Below, piece by piece: positions 41,749 through 52,187 of a stretch of 64,000 nucleotides of DNA. The notes under the pieces were generated by a model. That model was not told where the DNA came from. It searched no databases and worked only from the letters and a program-made list of their open reading frames with translations. Within the stretch, counting starts at the first letter, position 1. Each line of letters opens with the position of its first letter. This DNA comes from Alphaproteobacteria bacterium. Lineage in GTDB: Bacteria > Pseudomonadota > Alphaproteobacteria > Rs-D84. The translations under genes were made by a program, and so were the position numbers. Where the stretch lies: contig JAFZZS010000005.1 of NCBI GenBank assembly GCA_017615655.1, positions 1,683 to 65,682 of the forward strand, given 5' to 3'.

Positions 41749-42528
41749 TTAATGGTACCTTTTGGTAAGTTTCGGTTCTAACCCCATGCGTTTTGCACGT
41801 TTGAATTCACCTGTTTTCAACCCCTGCTCTACTATATAAAGATTAAATTCCGCATCCAATTCGCGTAATTGTGCAACCATAAGATCTTCCAATTCTTTAC
41901 GTTTATCTTCAAATTCTTGCGGTGATATCTTTGAATCTATGTATATAGGATTACCAACTTTACACTTTATTTTTGTAAAGGGATATACTAATAAATACCT
42001 ATCCCAACGATTTTGAATCCATACATGTTTCGCAGAAAAACAGACTGGTATTATAGGCGCACCTGTCATTTTTGCAAAATAAAGAGCACCTTCCTGGACT
42101 CGCAGTGATGGGCCACCAGGTCCATCAGGCGAAATACATAATGAATGATCACCTTTGCGCAATACACGAATACCTTCGCGCAGAACAGAAATTCCACCAT
42201 TATGTGAACTACCATAAATTGCACGTAATCCAAACAAATGTTGCAATTTTGCCATCATGCGCCCATCTTTGTGACGAGACGTAATTGCATAGGATTTCAT
42301 TCCACCAAGGCATACAATTGGTGAAAGCATCAAACTGCGCCCATGCCAAAAAACAAAAATAGCCGGTTTATGACGAAATTTCTTAAATGTTTCGTAATTG
42401 ACAATTTTCCGACGAGAAGTCAGATAAATAAACCACATCAACGCCGCCATAACAACGGCTATAATCCATTGAAACCCAGAAAAACCTAATATTGGTTCCC
42501 AAAATTTTTTCCATAACTTTCTAAACAT
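41749..42528 (-). CDS. DUF374 / LpxJ-like acyltransferase
   Basis: FWHGR, S.HKDG, GSS..GG, SPDGPGGP, WDR...PF. Confidence 0.85.
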   Translation of the reverse strand: MFRKLWKKFWEPILGFSGFQWIIAVVMAALMWFIYLTSRRKIVNYETFKKFRHKPAIFVFWHGRSLMLSPIVCLGGMKSYAITSRHKDGRMMAKLQHLFGLRAIYGSSHNGGISVLREGIRVLRKGDHSLCISPDGPGGPSLRVQEGALYFAKMTGAPIIPVCFSAKHVWIQNRWDRYLLVYPFTKIKCKVGNPIYIDSKISPQEFEDKRKELEDLMVAQLRELDAEFNLYIVEQGLKTGEFKRAKRMGLEPKLTKRYH

Positions 42529-42610
42529 AGCGGTTAGATTTTATCAACAAAAAAACGATATTTCAAGTGTACATTAGGAATACATTCAAATCTGTGACTA
42601 CAATAACAAA

Positions 42611-43777
42611 TTATGGATTTGCGCCGACTAAATGATATGTGTTTCCGTTTGTATATTTAAAGTTAAATGACCCTGTGCCACTTTTTGAAAAGACATAACA
42701 TTCTTCGTTACCCAGTTTTATATGCACTGCTGGGTTCCCTGATGGTTCTAATTCACCAAATATATCAAAACTAAGCCCATTACTAACCTTAAGTTTTTTG
42801 CCAAAACTGCATAAACGATAACAAGATGTACCGTATGCAGCATAACCTGTGGCACACGAAAGATCTGGTTCACAAGACACTTTGTTACTAAATGACGATT
42901 CAAATCCAGTTGTATACTTTTTTGTTCCTGATGGACATGATGTTACAAGACCAGATCCATTAAATACATTTTGAAATGCGGTACTAACTGTTGGACTTGT
43001 ATTTATACCTGCAAACAGTTCTGGGGGAACATAACCCGAAAGCCCAGAACAATTATAAAAAGCGTTTTGAAACAAATTTGCTTGTTGAGCACCAGAAATT
43101 CCACTAAATAATCCCCCAGGAATAGAACCACTTAATTTGCTACATTTATAAAATAATCCATAAAACAAGTATGTTTGCGGTGTTCCCGAAAGACCAGAAA
43201 ATAAATTCTCGGGAATAGAACCTGTTAATTTTGCGTCATCCCAGAACAGTGAACGGAACATAGAAGCGCGTGGTTGCCCAGTTATACCATCAAATAATTC
43301 TTCGGGAATTGAACCCGCTAGGTTAGTACAATCTGCAAATGCGGTTCGAAAATATGGTTGTGAACCATTTGCAAGCGTCGGAAATATTCGTCCCAATGAT
43401 CCAGAAATACTGGTCAGGTTTGTTAGATCAACAAAACTTATTGATGCATTCGATTCTTCGGTTCCGGTTGAATACCCTGTTGCCAAACCACCAAGTTTTA
43501 CCGTCTTTGTACCAGTTGATGAATACCTGTGCGAGATAGTTTGTTTTGAGGTACTAGTTGAGTTGATCGTCCCAGTTGACCCATCACCATAATCAATATA
43601 AAATGTTCCGGTCGATGCCAAATAAAACAAAGTTGTGTTACTTGAAGTACTGGTAACATTCACTGTAAATGTAAATTTTGCTTCGAAATTATTTTGATCT
43701 TCAGCGTAAACAACCCCCTGGAAAAACATTCCAATTGATAGAATTGCGACAAAAATAATTCGCAATAATACCCTCAT
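42611..43777 (-). CDS. secreted protein with LRR-like repeats
   Basis: Signal peptide, PKD-like IDYGDG, four ~31-aa F..C..L.GSIP..LF.G repeats, Cys-rich C-terminus. Confidence 0.7.
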   Translation of the reverse strand: MRVLLRIIFVAILSIGMFFQGVVYAEDQNNFEAKFTFTVNVTSTSSNTTLFYLASTGTFYIDYGDGSTGTINSTSTSKQTISHRYSSTGTKTVKLGGLATGYSTGTEESNASISFVDLTNLTSISGSLGRIFPTLANGSQPYFRTAFADCTNLAGSIPEELFDGITGQPRASMFRSLFWDDAKLTGSIPENLFSGLSGTPQTYLFYGLFYKCSKLSGSIPGGLFSGISGAQQANLFQNAFYNCSGLSGYVPPELFAGINTSPTVSTAFQNVFNGSGLVTSCPSGTKKYTTGFESSFSNKVSCEPDLSCATGYAAYGTSCYRLCSFGKKLKVSNGLSFDIFGELEPSGNPAVHIKLGNEECYVFSKSGTGSFNFKYTNGNTYHLVGANP

Positions 43778-43995
43778 ATACCCCCTAAAAAACGCTTCAT
43801 TCCATTCGGAAATGCAATTTTTTTGATATCAGATACAAAAATAACACATTAAAAACACTTCACAAATTACATGTGTTACTTATGCACATCAAAATGGTGC
43901 ACTCCCTCAGTAGAAACCTTAGCAAAAATAATAAAAATTAAACAAGTGAAAATATATTTATAACATAAATATATTCCAAAGCTTATGAAAAACTA

Positions 43996-44787
43996 TTACC
44001 GTTTTTCATTTTTTTTATCAAAAATTTTTGGTGATGCAGCGGATGAAGTCACATTACTTCGTAACTTTTCTTTTGTTAAAAATTCAATAACAGAATAAAC
44101 CTGTGCCTTATTCAAACTGTGCATAAATTGTTTAGATGATATAATATCGTTGATATCTTTGATTTCTAGCCCACTTTTCATAAAACAAACAGCGACATTT
44201 TTAATAATCTGGATTGTATATTCAATTTCTTTTTCTGTAGAAAAATTGCTTAAATAATCCGTCAAAATTCCGCAAATATACACAAAATATGTCTTCAAAG
44301 GTTCTGTTTTACCCCCGTTTAAATTTAAATCTATAAAACTGATACCATCTTCGGAATAAAAGAAATTCGTAGTTTTCGAAGGATCAATCATTAATCCAGC
44401 ATTTTCAATATCTAACCAATCAGATATAAATTTATCTATTTTTTCAATATTCATATTTGCAATATCATGTAATCTTTTCTCGTGTTCTTCATCTGACATA
44501 CCACTGCTGTATATCTCGGTTCCTTTGGCACGAGGTTGCAAAATATATCCACGGGCATACCCAAGATCATTTGGTGGATAGACAATTTTGTATTCTAATG
44601 TGGGAACTATTGCAATTCCACGCTTTTTCAATTCATTTGTAATCAAAATTATTTTTTTTATTTCGTCTTCTTTAAAACCACCAGCTAGTAAAACATAATC
44701 ATCAAAAAGACGTACTTTTTTATTTCCGCCCCTTTTTATTTGACCCTGACTTTCAAAATGCATTTTTACAAAATCATCTATCAACAT
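43996..44787 (-). CDS. hypothetical protein, possible kinase-like fold
   Basis: YILQ.RAKG, ID...TNF, FIDL pattern; start placed at MLIDD. Confidence 0.5.
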   Translation of the reverse strand: MLIDDFVKMHFESQGQIKRGGNKKVRLFDDYVLLAGGFKEDEIKKIILITNELKKRGIAIVPTLEYKIVYPPNDLGYARGYILQPRAKGTEIYSSGMSDEEHEKRLHDIANMNIEKIDKFISDWLDIENAGLMIDPSKTTNFFYSEDGISFIDLNLNGGKTEPLKTYFVYICGILTDYLSNFSTEKEIEYTIQIIKNVAVCFMKSGLEIKDINDIISSKQFMHSLNKAQVYSVIEFLTKEKLRSNVTSSAASPKIFDKKNEKR

Positions 44788-44876
44788 GTCATTTCTCTTT
44801 TTTGATACAAAGACACTATACCATGAATAGAATAAAATATAGTAAAAAATTATTAACAATTTTGAACCCAAATAAT

Positions 44877-44945
44877 TTTTGTAAATCGTGGTTGTGCAGT
44901 GTGTGCGATTCCCGAGCCGAGTTGTTGGAAATGGGGCGAGAGATA
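44877..44945. repeat. junction C: degenerate tRNA-fMet 3' core plus foreign arm
   Basis: TTTTGTAAATCG-TGGTTGTG-CAGTGTGTGCGATTCCCGAGCCGA, similar to 45798-45866. Confidence 0.75.
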
Positions 44946-44964
44946 AAAAGAGTTTTTTGTTATA

Positions 44965-44995
44965 AAAAAATAGCGATGATATACATCGCTATTTA
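44965..44995 (-). terminator. terminator of the OMP gene
   Basis: AAATAGCGATG-ATATA-CATCGCTATTT. Confidence 0.75.
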
Positions 44996-45015
44996 TTCTT
45001 ATTGTTCGTGATATA

Positions 45016-45618
45016 TTAAAATGCGTAATTTGCACCCAGACGGAATTGATGATAATCTGTGACTAACTTGTATTTATAGCCAGAATCTTCAAACTTTTTC
45101 GCAGATGTTAAATACCTGTATCCCAAATCAACGGACAACGCATTGGTTATGTTATATGCAACACCGCCACCGATTTGCCATGCAAATACATGCGGAGTTG
45201 CGCCAGCGCCAAACCAGTCCTTGCTTAAATGATTAAATTGATATCCGGCACCAATACCAAAATATGGTGTGAACGCGGACATTGTTTTGAAATCAAGATA
45301 GGCATTTGCCAAAAGGGTATGAGAACGATTCCAAATCCCAGATGTCGATAAAACAAAACCTTCAACATAGTCATATTCCAATTCACCACGCAATGCGAAA
45401 TCGGGCGACAAATCGTATTTCACACCAAATGCACCCGATACATCAAATGCAAATTTATCCCCAACCCATTCACCCATAGTATAATCAGAAGCTTCCCCAG
45501 ACAGTTCAATTGTTGCATGTGTATAACCCAAATGTGCGGACACATATGGCGAAACAGCGGCGTTTGATGCAAATGTTGCCATTGTTGCTATTAGTGATGT
45601 TAAAAGAATCTTTTTCAT
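45016..45618 (-). CDS. outer-membrane beta-barrel protein (Opa/Ail-like)
   Basis: Signal peptide, R.ELEY, LANAY.DF, TPY.G.GAG, FAWQ.GGGV.Y, DLGYRY, terminal F. Confidence 0.85.
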   Translation of the reverse strand: MKKILLTSLIATMATFASNAAVSPYVSAHLGYTHATIELSGEASDYTMGEWVGDKFAFDVSGAFGVKYDLSPDFALRGELEYDYVEGFVLSTSGIWNRSHTLLANAYLDFKTMSAFTPYFGIGAGYQFNHLSKDWFGAGATPHVFAWQIGGGVAYNITNALSVDLGYRYLTSAKKFEDSGYKYKLVTDYHQFRLGANYAF

Positions 45619-45700
45619 ATTTTTCTCCTTGGTTGGCTATGGATATAATATCATAAATATCAAAATTTTACAATAGCACCACTATAATAACCAAAGACTC

Positions 45701-45866
45701 AGTTCAAAAGTGGCAAATTTTTATCACTTTTTAAAAAATAATTTTCGAACTCTGTGAAAATATTAGAAAACTAACAAAAAACCGCCCTTATGGACGGTTT
45801 TGTAAACTCTGGTTGCGCAGTGTGTGCAGTTCCCGAGCCGAATTGTTAGGAATAGGACGAAGAATT
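45701..45866. repeat. junction B: hybrid att-like repeat
   Basis: 45701-45817 is a 117-bp diverged copy of 46430-46546; 45798-45866 matches 44877-44945. Confidence 0.8.
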
Positions 45867-45962
45867 GATGAATTGAAAGATAAATTAGGGTTGGTGGATT
45901 TGAGCCGGATTTATTGACATATGATATTTTTACTATAAAATCTCTATAAAAGGGTTTGTTGT

Positions 45963-46421
45963 ATGCCAAAAGAAATTAGATTTTGTCAGCCAATAGGGGA
46001 ATATTATTTTTTATCGCCTTTGTCTGCACATCCAATAAAAATGGTTGTTGATGGACAAGAATATGTTTTTCCTACGGTTGAACATTACTATCAGGCAATG
46101 AAATTTTATGCAAATGATGAACGTTTTAATAATATTTTGAATCTGGAAAATGCAGATGATGCACGACTTATTACTAAAACACCCGAATATAAAATAAATC
46201 GCAGAAAGGATTTTGATAAAAACAAATTTGATATTATGGAAGATGGGTTGCGTGCGAAATTTTCTCAAAATCCAGATGTTACAGAAATGTTAAAACAGAC
46301 AGGTGATGCGATATTAATAAAATCTTGTCCGGTATGTTATAAGTGTGGTTTTGGTATAGGTAGTGGTACAAATCGTATAGGAAAAATTTTAATGGAAATT
46401 AGAAAAGAAATTCAAAAATAA
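45963..46421 (+). CDS. NADAR (YbiA-like) family protein
   Basis: FPTVEHYYQAMKF, M...LRAKFSQN, L..TGD..L, G.G.N..GKILMEIR. Confidence 0.88.
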   Translation: MPKEIRFCQPIGEYYFLSPLSAHPIKMVVDGQEYVFPTVEHYYQAMKFYANDERFNNILNLENADDARLITKTPEYKINRRKDFDKNKFDIMEDGLRAKFSQNPDVTEMLKQTGDAILIKSCPVCYKCGFGIGSGTNRIGKILMEIRKEIQK

Positions 46422-46429
46422 TAAAAAAT

Positions 46430-46538
46430 AGTTCAAAAGTGGTGATTTTTCACCACTTTTTTAAATTTAACTTTCGAACTTTTTGTGGGTATTGTAAATC
46501 TAATAAAAAACCGCCCTTGTGGACGGTTTTGTAAATCT

Positions 46539-46546
<8 letters not shown>
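46430..46546. repeat. junction A: repeat abutting the tRNA-fMet 3' end
   Basis: Palindrome AAAAGTGGTGA/TCACCACTTTT, terminator AAAACCGCCC..GGACGGTTTT, core TGGTTGCG. Confidence 0.8.
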
Positions 46547-46615
<69 letters not shown>

Positions 46616-46673
46616 ATAAACGGCACTAATTATAGATGATATTTTACCATTGTCAAACAAAAACTGTGTTTTT

Positions 46674-48206
46674 TTAGTGCTGATGTTCTAAAAAATCACC
46701 CAACTTTTGCGGTAATATATCGGACTTTGGTAATTGTGTATCATCTGATTTTCCGCCATCGTATTTAGAATCTTTTAACATATCATTAACATTCATATAA
46801 CCAATCAAATCACTTTGTGTATATGTTTGTTTCTTAAGCGCATAACCACGCAACTTTACATATTGGTCACTTGTCTTTTTTGTATCATGATATTCACTGA
46901 AACCAACACATACAATAATTAAACCATCTGGACCATCGGAAACATTCCATACTATACGCTTTCTATCATTATGATTTGAACTGTCTATGCTTTGAACAAT
47001 GCAACATCCCGACTCTTTTTTCACAGTTGCGGATACAGTTTGTTTACCATCTTTGATTATATGAACAGAACCTTCAAATTGCATATCAAGTGGATCAAGA
47101 TTTACCTCGTTTATCGCGGAAAGAGCCTTATACGCATTATTTTCACCAGAAGCTTTTACAATTTCTTTAAATTGACTCTGTTTTATATACTTTTTTATTT
47201 CAATTGGTTTAATTGTTTTTGTTTCTTTTTTTATTTCAACAGATTGCTGAACTCGAATTGATTTTTCTTCTGTTTTTTCTTCTATGGTTTCTTTTGTTCT
47301 GTCTTGTATTAAATTTGATAAATCTTGGCATACACTATCTAGTTGTTCGGCATTGATACAAACAACTATTACACCATCTGCACGATGCATCATTTTTTTC
47401 TGTATACCGTTTTTTCTTTGATCAGATAAAACATTTCTTATATAGCGCTCTAGTACATCATCTGACAAAGATTCATATTCAACTAATTCGCGACAATGTG
47501 CAAATATTTCTTTAATATCTAGATGTTTCCCTTGGATTTTTATTTCAAAAGTTTCTTGAATTGTTTGTGTTGCAGATTGAACCTGTTCCACCTGTTTTTG
47601 TAATTCTTTGGTTTCAAAATCACGGTCTATTTCTTGTAAAATATTTAACAAGTTATTCCCATTCGTATCAAGTACTGTAACATTTGGATGTGTTTCGATA
47701 AATGCCAATGTTTTTTTAAGATGTTCTTCATCTTTTAACAAAACACTTTTTTTTATCAGTCTTGGCTCTACAACAAGTGTTTCAACCATATCCGGCAATA
47801 TATCAATCAATACATCAAAATCAGATATACTAAATGAACAATTTATTTCATATGTGGCCGGCAAAAAAGTATCTTTTGTTATATAATCTTTACCAAGGCG
47901 ACTGCAATCAAAAGTACCACAAACTATACGTGGAAATCTTTTACTATATTTAGAACAGTAAAAATTGCCTCGAATAACCAACCATGGAAAATAAGAATCA
48001 TCAAAATTACCACTTTTATTTATAATATTCCTTACATCTATATCTCCAATAATATTAAGACGCAAATTTTTTCCAAGATTTATTTTTTCATTTATCAAAG
48101 GTAATTGGCTAATAGTAAACCCTGGCAATACATCACCATACATCGGATTTATATCCTCATCACCATGAGTCATAATAACTTGAATATCAAATTTATTTTT
48201 TGCCAT
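46674..48206 (-). CDS. hypothetical protein, possible C-terminal RelE-like domain
   Basis: 510-aa ORF; C-terminal RKRIVW...IIVCVGF..YH...Y pattern. Confidence 0.6.
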   Translation of the reverse strand: MAKNKFDIQVIMTHGDEDINPMYGDVLPGFTISQLPLINEKINLGKNLRLNIIGDIDVRNIINKSGNFDDSYFPWLVIRGNFYCSKYSKRFPRIVCGTFDCSRLGKDYITKDTFLPATYEINCSFSISDFDVLIDILPDMVETLVVEPRLIKKSVLLKDEEHLKKTLAFIETHPNVTVLDTNGNNLLNILQEIDRDFETKELQKQVEQVQSATQTIQETFEIKIQGKHLDIKEIFAHCRELVEYESLSDDVLERYIRNVLSDQRKNGIQKKMMHRADGVIVVCINAEQLDSVCQDLSNLIQDRTKETIEEKTEEKSIRVQQSVEIKKETKTIKPIEIKKYIKQSQFKEIVKASGENNAYKALSAINEVNLDPLDMQFEGSVHIIKDGKQTVSATVKKESGCCIVQSIDSSNHNDRKRIVWNVSDGPDGLIIVCVGFSEYHDTKKTSDQYVKLRGYALKKQTYTQSDLIGYMNVNDMLKDSKYDGGKSDDTQLPKSDILPQKLGDFLEHQH

Positions 48207-48346
48207 TACTTATTTCTTTTACTGTTGGTTACTTGGTAATATAATACAAAAATATATTATTGTCAAGTTTTTTATAATTATAAAAATACCACTATTTATT
48301 AGTGGTAAAAACACGATATACACTGAAACACAACGTATACAATATT

Positions 48347-48967
48347 TTAATTACCTAAAAAACATCTTTTTAATTCGCTATTATCTTCGTTTTGATCGAC
48401 ACGTTTATTCCGTATCTCTTGTGCGGCATTTATTTTTTGTTTTAATAAAATAACTTCTGGATGAGATTGTATTTCGTTATTCATTTTTTCTATAACTAAC
48501 TCAATATCTTCACGTGATTCTACAAAAACTGGCATAATGGAATTTGTTGCATTAAATACAGAATTCTTTATATCCGACATCATATCTTTCATAACAGATA
48601 AATATGCATTTATATGTTTATCTTCATGACCCAGAATTGCGTTATACGAACACGACCCACGTATATGTGATTTATCTATTTTAATTTCAAAATTACTATA
48701 ACCAATACTTGCGTCTAATTTTTTAAGTGTGACACAATACCCTGTATCTTTTGCAACAATATCAACAACAATATCAAAATCTTGAACCAATGTAGCAAGA
48801 ACATTTCCATGTAATTTGTTCATTGGTTCATCTGGTTGGGTAACACTTTTCGTATAAGATGGGTTTAATATATTTATATTCGGTACATTTTTATATTTAA
48901 TACAATCATCTGCAAATGCGACACCATATAACAATGATACAGATAAAATAAATATCTTATTAAACAT
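48347..48967 (-). CDS. secreted putative Zn-metalloprotease-like protein (DUF922-like)
   Basis: Signal peptide, C.Y.AILGHEDKH (HExxH); immediately downstream of virB4. Confidence 0.55.
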   Translation of the reverse strand: MFNKIFILSVSLLYGVAFADDCIKYKNVPNINILNPSYTKSVTQPDEPMNKLHGNVLATLVQDFDIVVDIVAKDTGYCVTLKKLDASIGYSNFEIKIDKSHIRGSCSYNAILGHEDKHINAYLSVMKDMMSDIKNSVFNATNSIMPVFVESREDIELVIEKMNNEIQSHPEVILLKQKINAAQEIRNKRVDQNEDNSELKRCFLGN

Positions 48968-48968
48968 A

Positions 48969-51383
48969 TTATAAATCACCTGCACCTTGTTTTTTAAGGT
49001 ACTCTGCAACAAACGCAGAACCATACTGTCTATATAACTCTTCTGCCAAAAGCACAGATGAACGCCCAGATTCAAACAAACGCAGCAAATTTCCTAACCC
49101 ACCAAGTTCAGTATTTAAAATTACAGATTCATTATTGACCGGACGCATTAACAATACGGCACGTTTTAAATTAGGGTATGCTTTACCTTGTATAAATGCC
49201 ATTTCTAATGGATTAAGATTCCAATGTTCATAGTCCGCCTCGTCTGCTGCAGGATTACGGAAAAACATTATTGTTTGTGCCTGACCACGAACAACATCAC
49301 CTATACCAAGTTTATCAAGAACATTTGCACGTTGGAATGCCACCATATATGCCTGACGATTTTTACGACCTTCTTGTAAACCAACTATAAAATTATCACG
49401 GAACATCTTGTTTTCCAACATAGGCGCCGTCTCGTCAATCATAATCAATGATGGGTTTCCACCAGATACCGTTGTGTTATTTATTCTGTGTAATATATAA
49501 GATATAACAGCTGGTGCAAGTGTAGAATCTTGTAATATATCCGTAAAATCAAATGTTGTTAACCGGGATTGTAAATCAAGCGTATCTGTATCTTCATTAA
49601 ATATTTCACCATACTGTAATGGATCAACCCATTTCTTAAGTGCACTGCGCATATTACCAGATGATGAAAAACAACTTTCCCAAAGATTTTTTAACATCCT
49701 ATCTTTGTCAGATAGATAATCAAAATTAACAGAAACAGCACGCGCAATTTCATCTGCCGAGACTGCATCATTCTGTTCAGAAATCATCGCCAACCAACGA
49801 CGTAAAAATGCACGGTTTACCACAGTATCTTGCATCTTTAACGGATTCAAATGTGTTAAAAATGCCGCATCAGATTTTTCTTTACCTTGCATTGTTATAT
49901 ATTTTCCACCAACAGAAAGTGTGAATATTTCAGCACCTTTATTTCTATCAAAGAAAAATGCTTTTAATTTTTTATGACGCAATGATTGTGCAATTAAAAA
50001 CGAGAATAATGTAGTCTTACCACCACCTGTCGGACCAATAGTTAGCGTATGACCAACCGCCGCTGGTTTATCGGAAACATGAAATTGAAATTGATATGGT
50101 GTACCTTGCGCTGTTGGAAATACAACAAGTGGACCCTGTCCCCAATCAGAATTTGTTATACCACGTGGAGTACTTGACATTGGTACAGTTATTGCCGCAG
50201 CGCGTGATAACATTTTAAATGTTCGTGGAAATGTATCAAACCCAGGAATTAATGAAAACCAAGATACTTTTGTAGCAAAATTTTCTTGTATTGGCGATAC
50301 ACCAAACGATGCGCATATCTTTTTAAATTCATCAACATATTCTTTTAATTCATCCTGTGTTTTTCCAAATATTAAAAACAATGGATAATAATTTACAAGT
50401 GTCTGATTTCCTGATACATTCTCGTCCATAACTGATTCTGCACTTGAAATTTGTTCTTCTGTAGAATCATTTTCTTTTGATGCTGTACTGCGGCGCTGAC
50501 GTAATACTACCTCAACATCGGCGGCACCCATGATTTTAAAACCATTCATACAAATCATTTCTGTTTGAATAGTGTTAACAGAATCAAAAAAGTCTTCATC
50601 TAAATAATCAGGTGCTGCACGAAAAGATATTAAGGATGAAAAATATTCTCTATCACCGCTGATATACTTAACATTACCATTAGATAAAAATTCAACATCA
50701 TCAACTGTTGCTAACTCTGTAATTTTTTCATCACAAACTTCAGGTGTTGGTTTAGTTATTGGTGAAAATATACGCCCAAAAAATTTTGCCATATTATCAC
50801 GTGAATCATTTTTAAGAATACGTGGATTATATGGTGCAAGTATAGATTCTATATAATTTCCATATTGATTAAGTAAATCACGGGTATTTTGACCACTAAC
50901 TGTTAATACTATGTAATAATCATTAGTAAATATACGTAAACCTTGTGAATGCCATTTATCGTATATTTTTTGTAACACAGGTTGATCAAATTCGTAATTT
51001 GTATTTTCGGCAACTGCATCACGAACAGTAAAAAATCTTAAAACTACATTTGGGTTATGAATTTGATTAAATATTTGTGAACGTAAATCTAAAAATTTTA
51101 CCCTTTGTTCATCTGTTTGCATACTGGTTTGTACACCTGATACATGATACACACGTACCAAAGCACCATTATCTAATTCCAAAGAATCATCATTGTAAAC
51201 TGTTTCAAAAGGAATATATTCAGTATAATGTTTATAACCAAATCTTGGAAAAACATGTTTTACAATAGTAGGCACATACATCATTAAAATAATAAAAGCA
51301 AAAATAACCGCCACAACCATAACAGTAAGTGTCATAGTCACAGAAAATCCACCGGCAAAATATCTAAAAAAACTCTCTATCAT
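48969..51383 (-). CDS. virB4: type IV secretion ATPase VirB4
   Basis: GHTL.IGPTGGGKT, FFDRNKGAEIF, LNPL, IDE, EGRK. Confidence 0.92.
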   Translation of the reverse strand: MIESFFRYFAGGFSVTMTLTVMVVAVIFAFIILMMYVPTIVKHVFPRFGYKHYTEYIPFETVYNDDSLELDNGALVRVYHVSGVQTSMQTDEQRVKFLDLRSQIFNQIHNPNVVLRFFTVRDAVAENTNYEFDQPVLQKIYDKWHSQGLRIFTNDYYIVLTVSGQNTRDLLNQYGNYIESILAPYNPRILKNDSRDNMAKFFGRIFSPITKPTPEVCDEKITELATVDDVEFLSNGNVKYISGDREYFSSLISFRAAPDYLDEDFFDSVNTIQTEMICMNGFKIMGAADVEVVLRQRRSTASKENDSTEEQISSAESVMDENVSGNQTLVNYYPLFLIFGKTQDELKEYVDEFKKICASFGVSPIQENFATKVSWFSLIPGFDTFPRTFKMLSRAAAITVPMSSTPRGITNSDWGQGPLVVFPTAQGTPYQFQFHVSDKPAAVGHTLTIGPTGGGKTTLFSFLIAQSLRHKKLKAFFFDRNKGAEIFTLSVGGKYITMQGKEKSDAAFLTHLNPLKMQDTVVNRAFLRRWLAMISEQNDAVSADEIARAVSVNFDYLSDKDRMLKNLWESCFSSSGNMRSALKKWVDPLQYGEIFNEDTDTLDLQSRLTTFDFTDILQDSTLAPAVISYILHRINNTTVSGGNPSLIMIDETAPMLENKMFRDNFIVGLQEGRKNRQAYMVAFQRANVLDKLGIGDVVRGQAQTIMFFRNPAADEADYEHWNLNPLEMAFIQGKAYPNLKRAVLLMRPVNNESVILNTELGGLGNLLRLFESGRSSVLLAEELYRQYGSAFVAEYLKKQGAGDL

Positions 51384-51685
51384 GCTGATAATCTCCGCGG
51401 TATTTTATTTTTCATCATTTTTATCTTCGCTATTAAAACCTGACCAATTTGTGAATCATTCTTGGTAAAACGAGCAAAAAGCATATGTATCAAACAAACA
51501 GATATTAAAAAATATAATGGATTAAAATATTTATTAACAAAATCTGCGTTAAAAAACGTCAAACCAACAACATATAAAACAATAAAGACCGTGAACTGAA
51601 CCATAAAATTCAGAACAGCCAAAGTGTACGGCACACCAAATAAAAGCGATGGATTCGCCAAAGCTTTTAATACTTGTTGTCTCAT
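51380..51685 (-). CDS. virB3: type IV secretion protein VirB3
   Basis: KAL..P..LFGVPY, two TM helices, overlaps virB4 start. Confidence 0.8.
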   Translation of the reverse strand: MRQQVLKALANPSLLFGVPYTLAVLNFMVQFTVFIVLYVVGLTFFNADFVNKYFNPLYFLISVCLIHMLFARFTKNDSQIGQVLIAKIKMMKNKIPRRLSA

Positions 51686-51711
51686 TTTACTGAAAAACCC
51701 TCCATGGATAT

Positions 51712-51962
51712 TTTTATTATAACAATTTCAATAATTTTCAACAAGCATAAAAAATAAAAACATAAAATTGTTAAAATTGTTAAAAAATACACGTATTTTT
51801 AACAGATTTTTAAATATATTTATTTTCAACAAAATATATAAAAAGGCTTAAAATAAGCCTAAAAAATGTTAAAAACATTGTTAAAATTAGGTTATTAACA
51901 TTTTCAACAACCTAAACAACAATAACAAAATATAAATATAATATTTGATTTTTGTTAAAAAG
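51712..51962. other. candidate replication origin oriC
   Basis: About 10 copies of WTWTYAACA in both orientations in a very AT-rich intergenic region; tandem boxes are followed by AAC/AAT triplets and an AT-only tract. Confidence 0.6.
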
Positions 51963-51994
51963 TGTTTATAATTGCCCTGCAAAAAGGATAAAAA

Positions 51995-52129
51995 ATGAAA
52001 TTTTTAAGTTCTTTACGGGCGTGGAAAAAACGCGGAAATATTAAACAGGTTCGTCGTGGAAAACAAATTGTTTTGATTGATCCTGATAACCCAAAATTCA
52101 AGGCAAAACAGGGTTTTAAAAGGAAATAA
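51995..52129 (+). CDS. rpmJ: 50S ribosomal protein bL36, Zn-free type (missed by ORF track)
   Basis: MKFLSSLRAWKKRGNIKQVRRGKQIVLIDPDNPKFKAKQG; AAGGA RBS. Confidence 0.85.
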   Translation: MKFLSSLRAWKKRGNIKQVRRGKQIVLIDPDNPKFKAKQGFKRK

Positions 52130-52187
52130 TCCTGTGTTTTTCCTGTTCTATTTTACGGTATTCTGTCCTGAATGCCGTATTTTTTTA

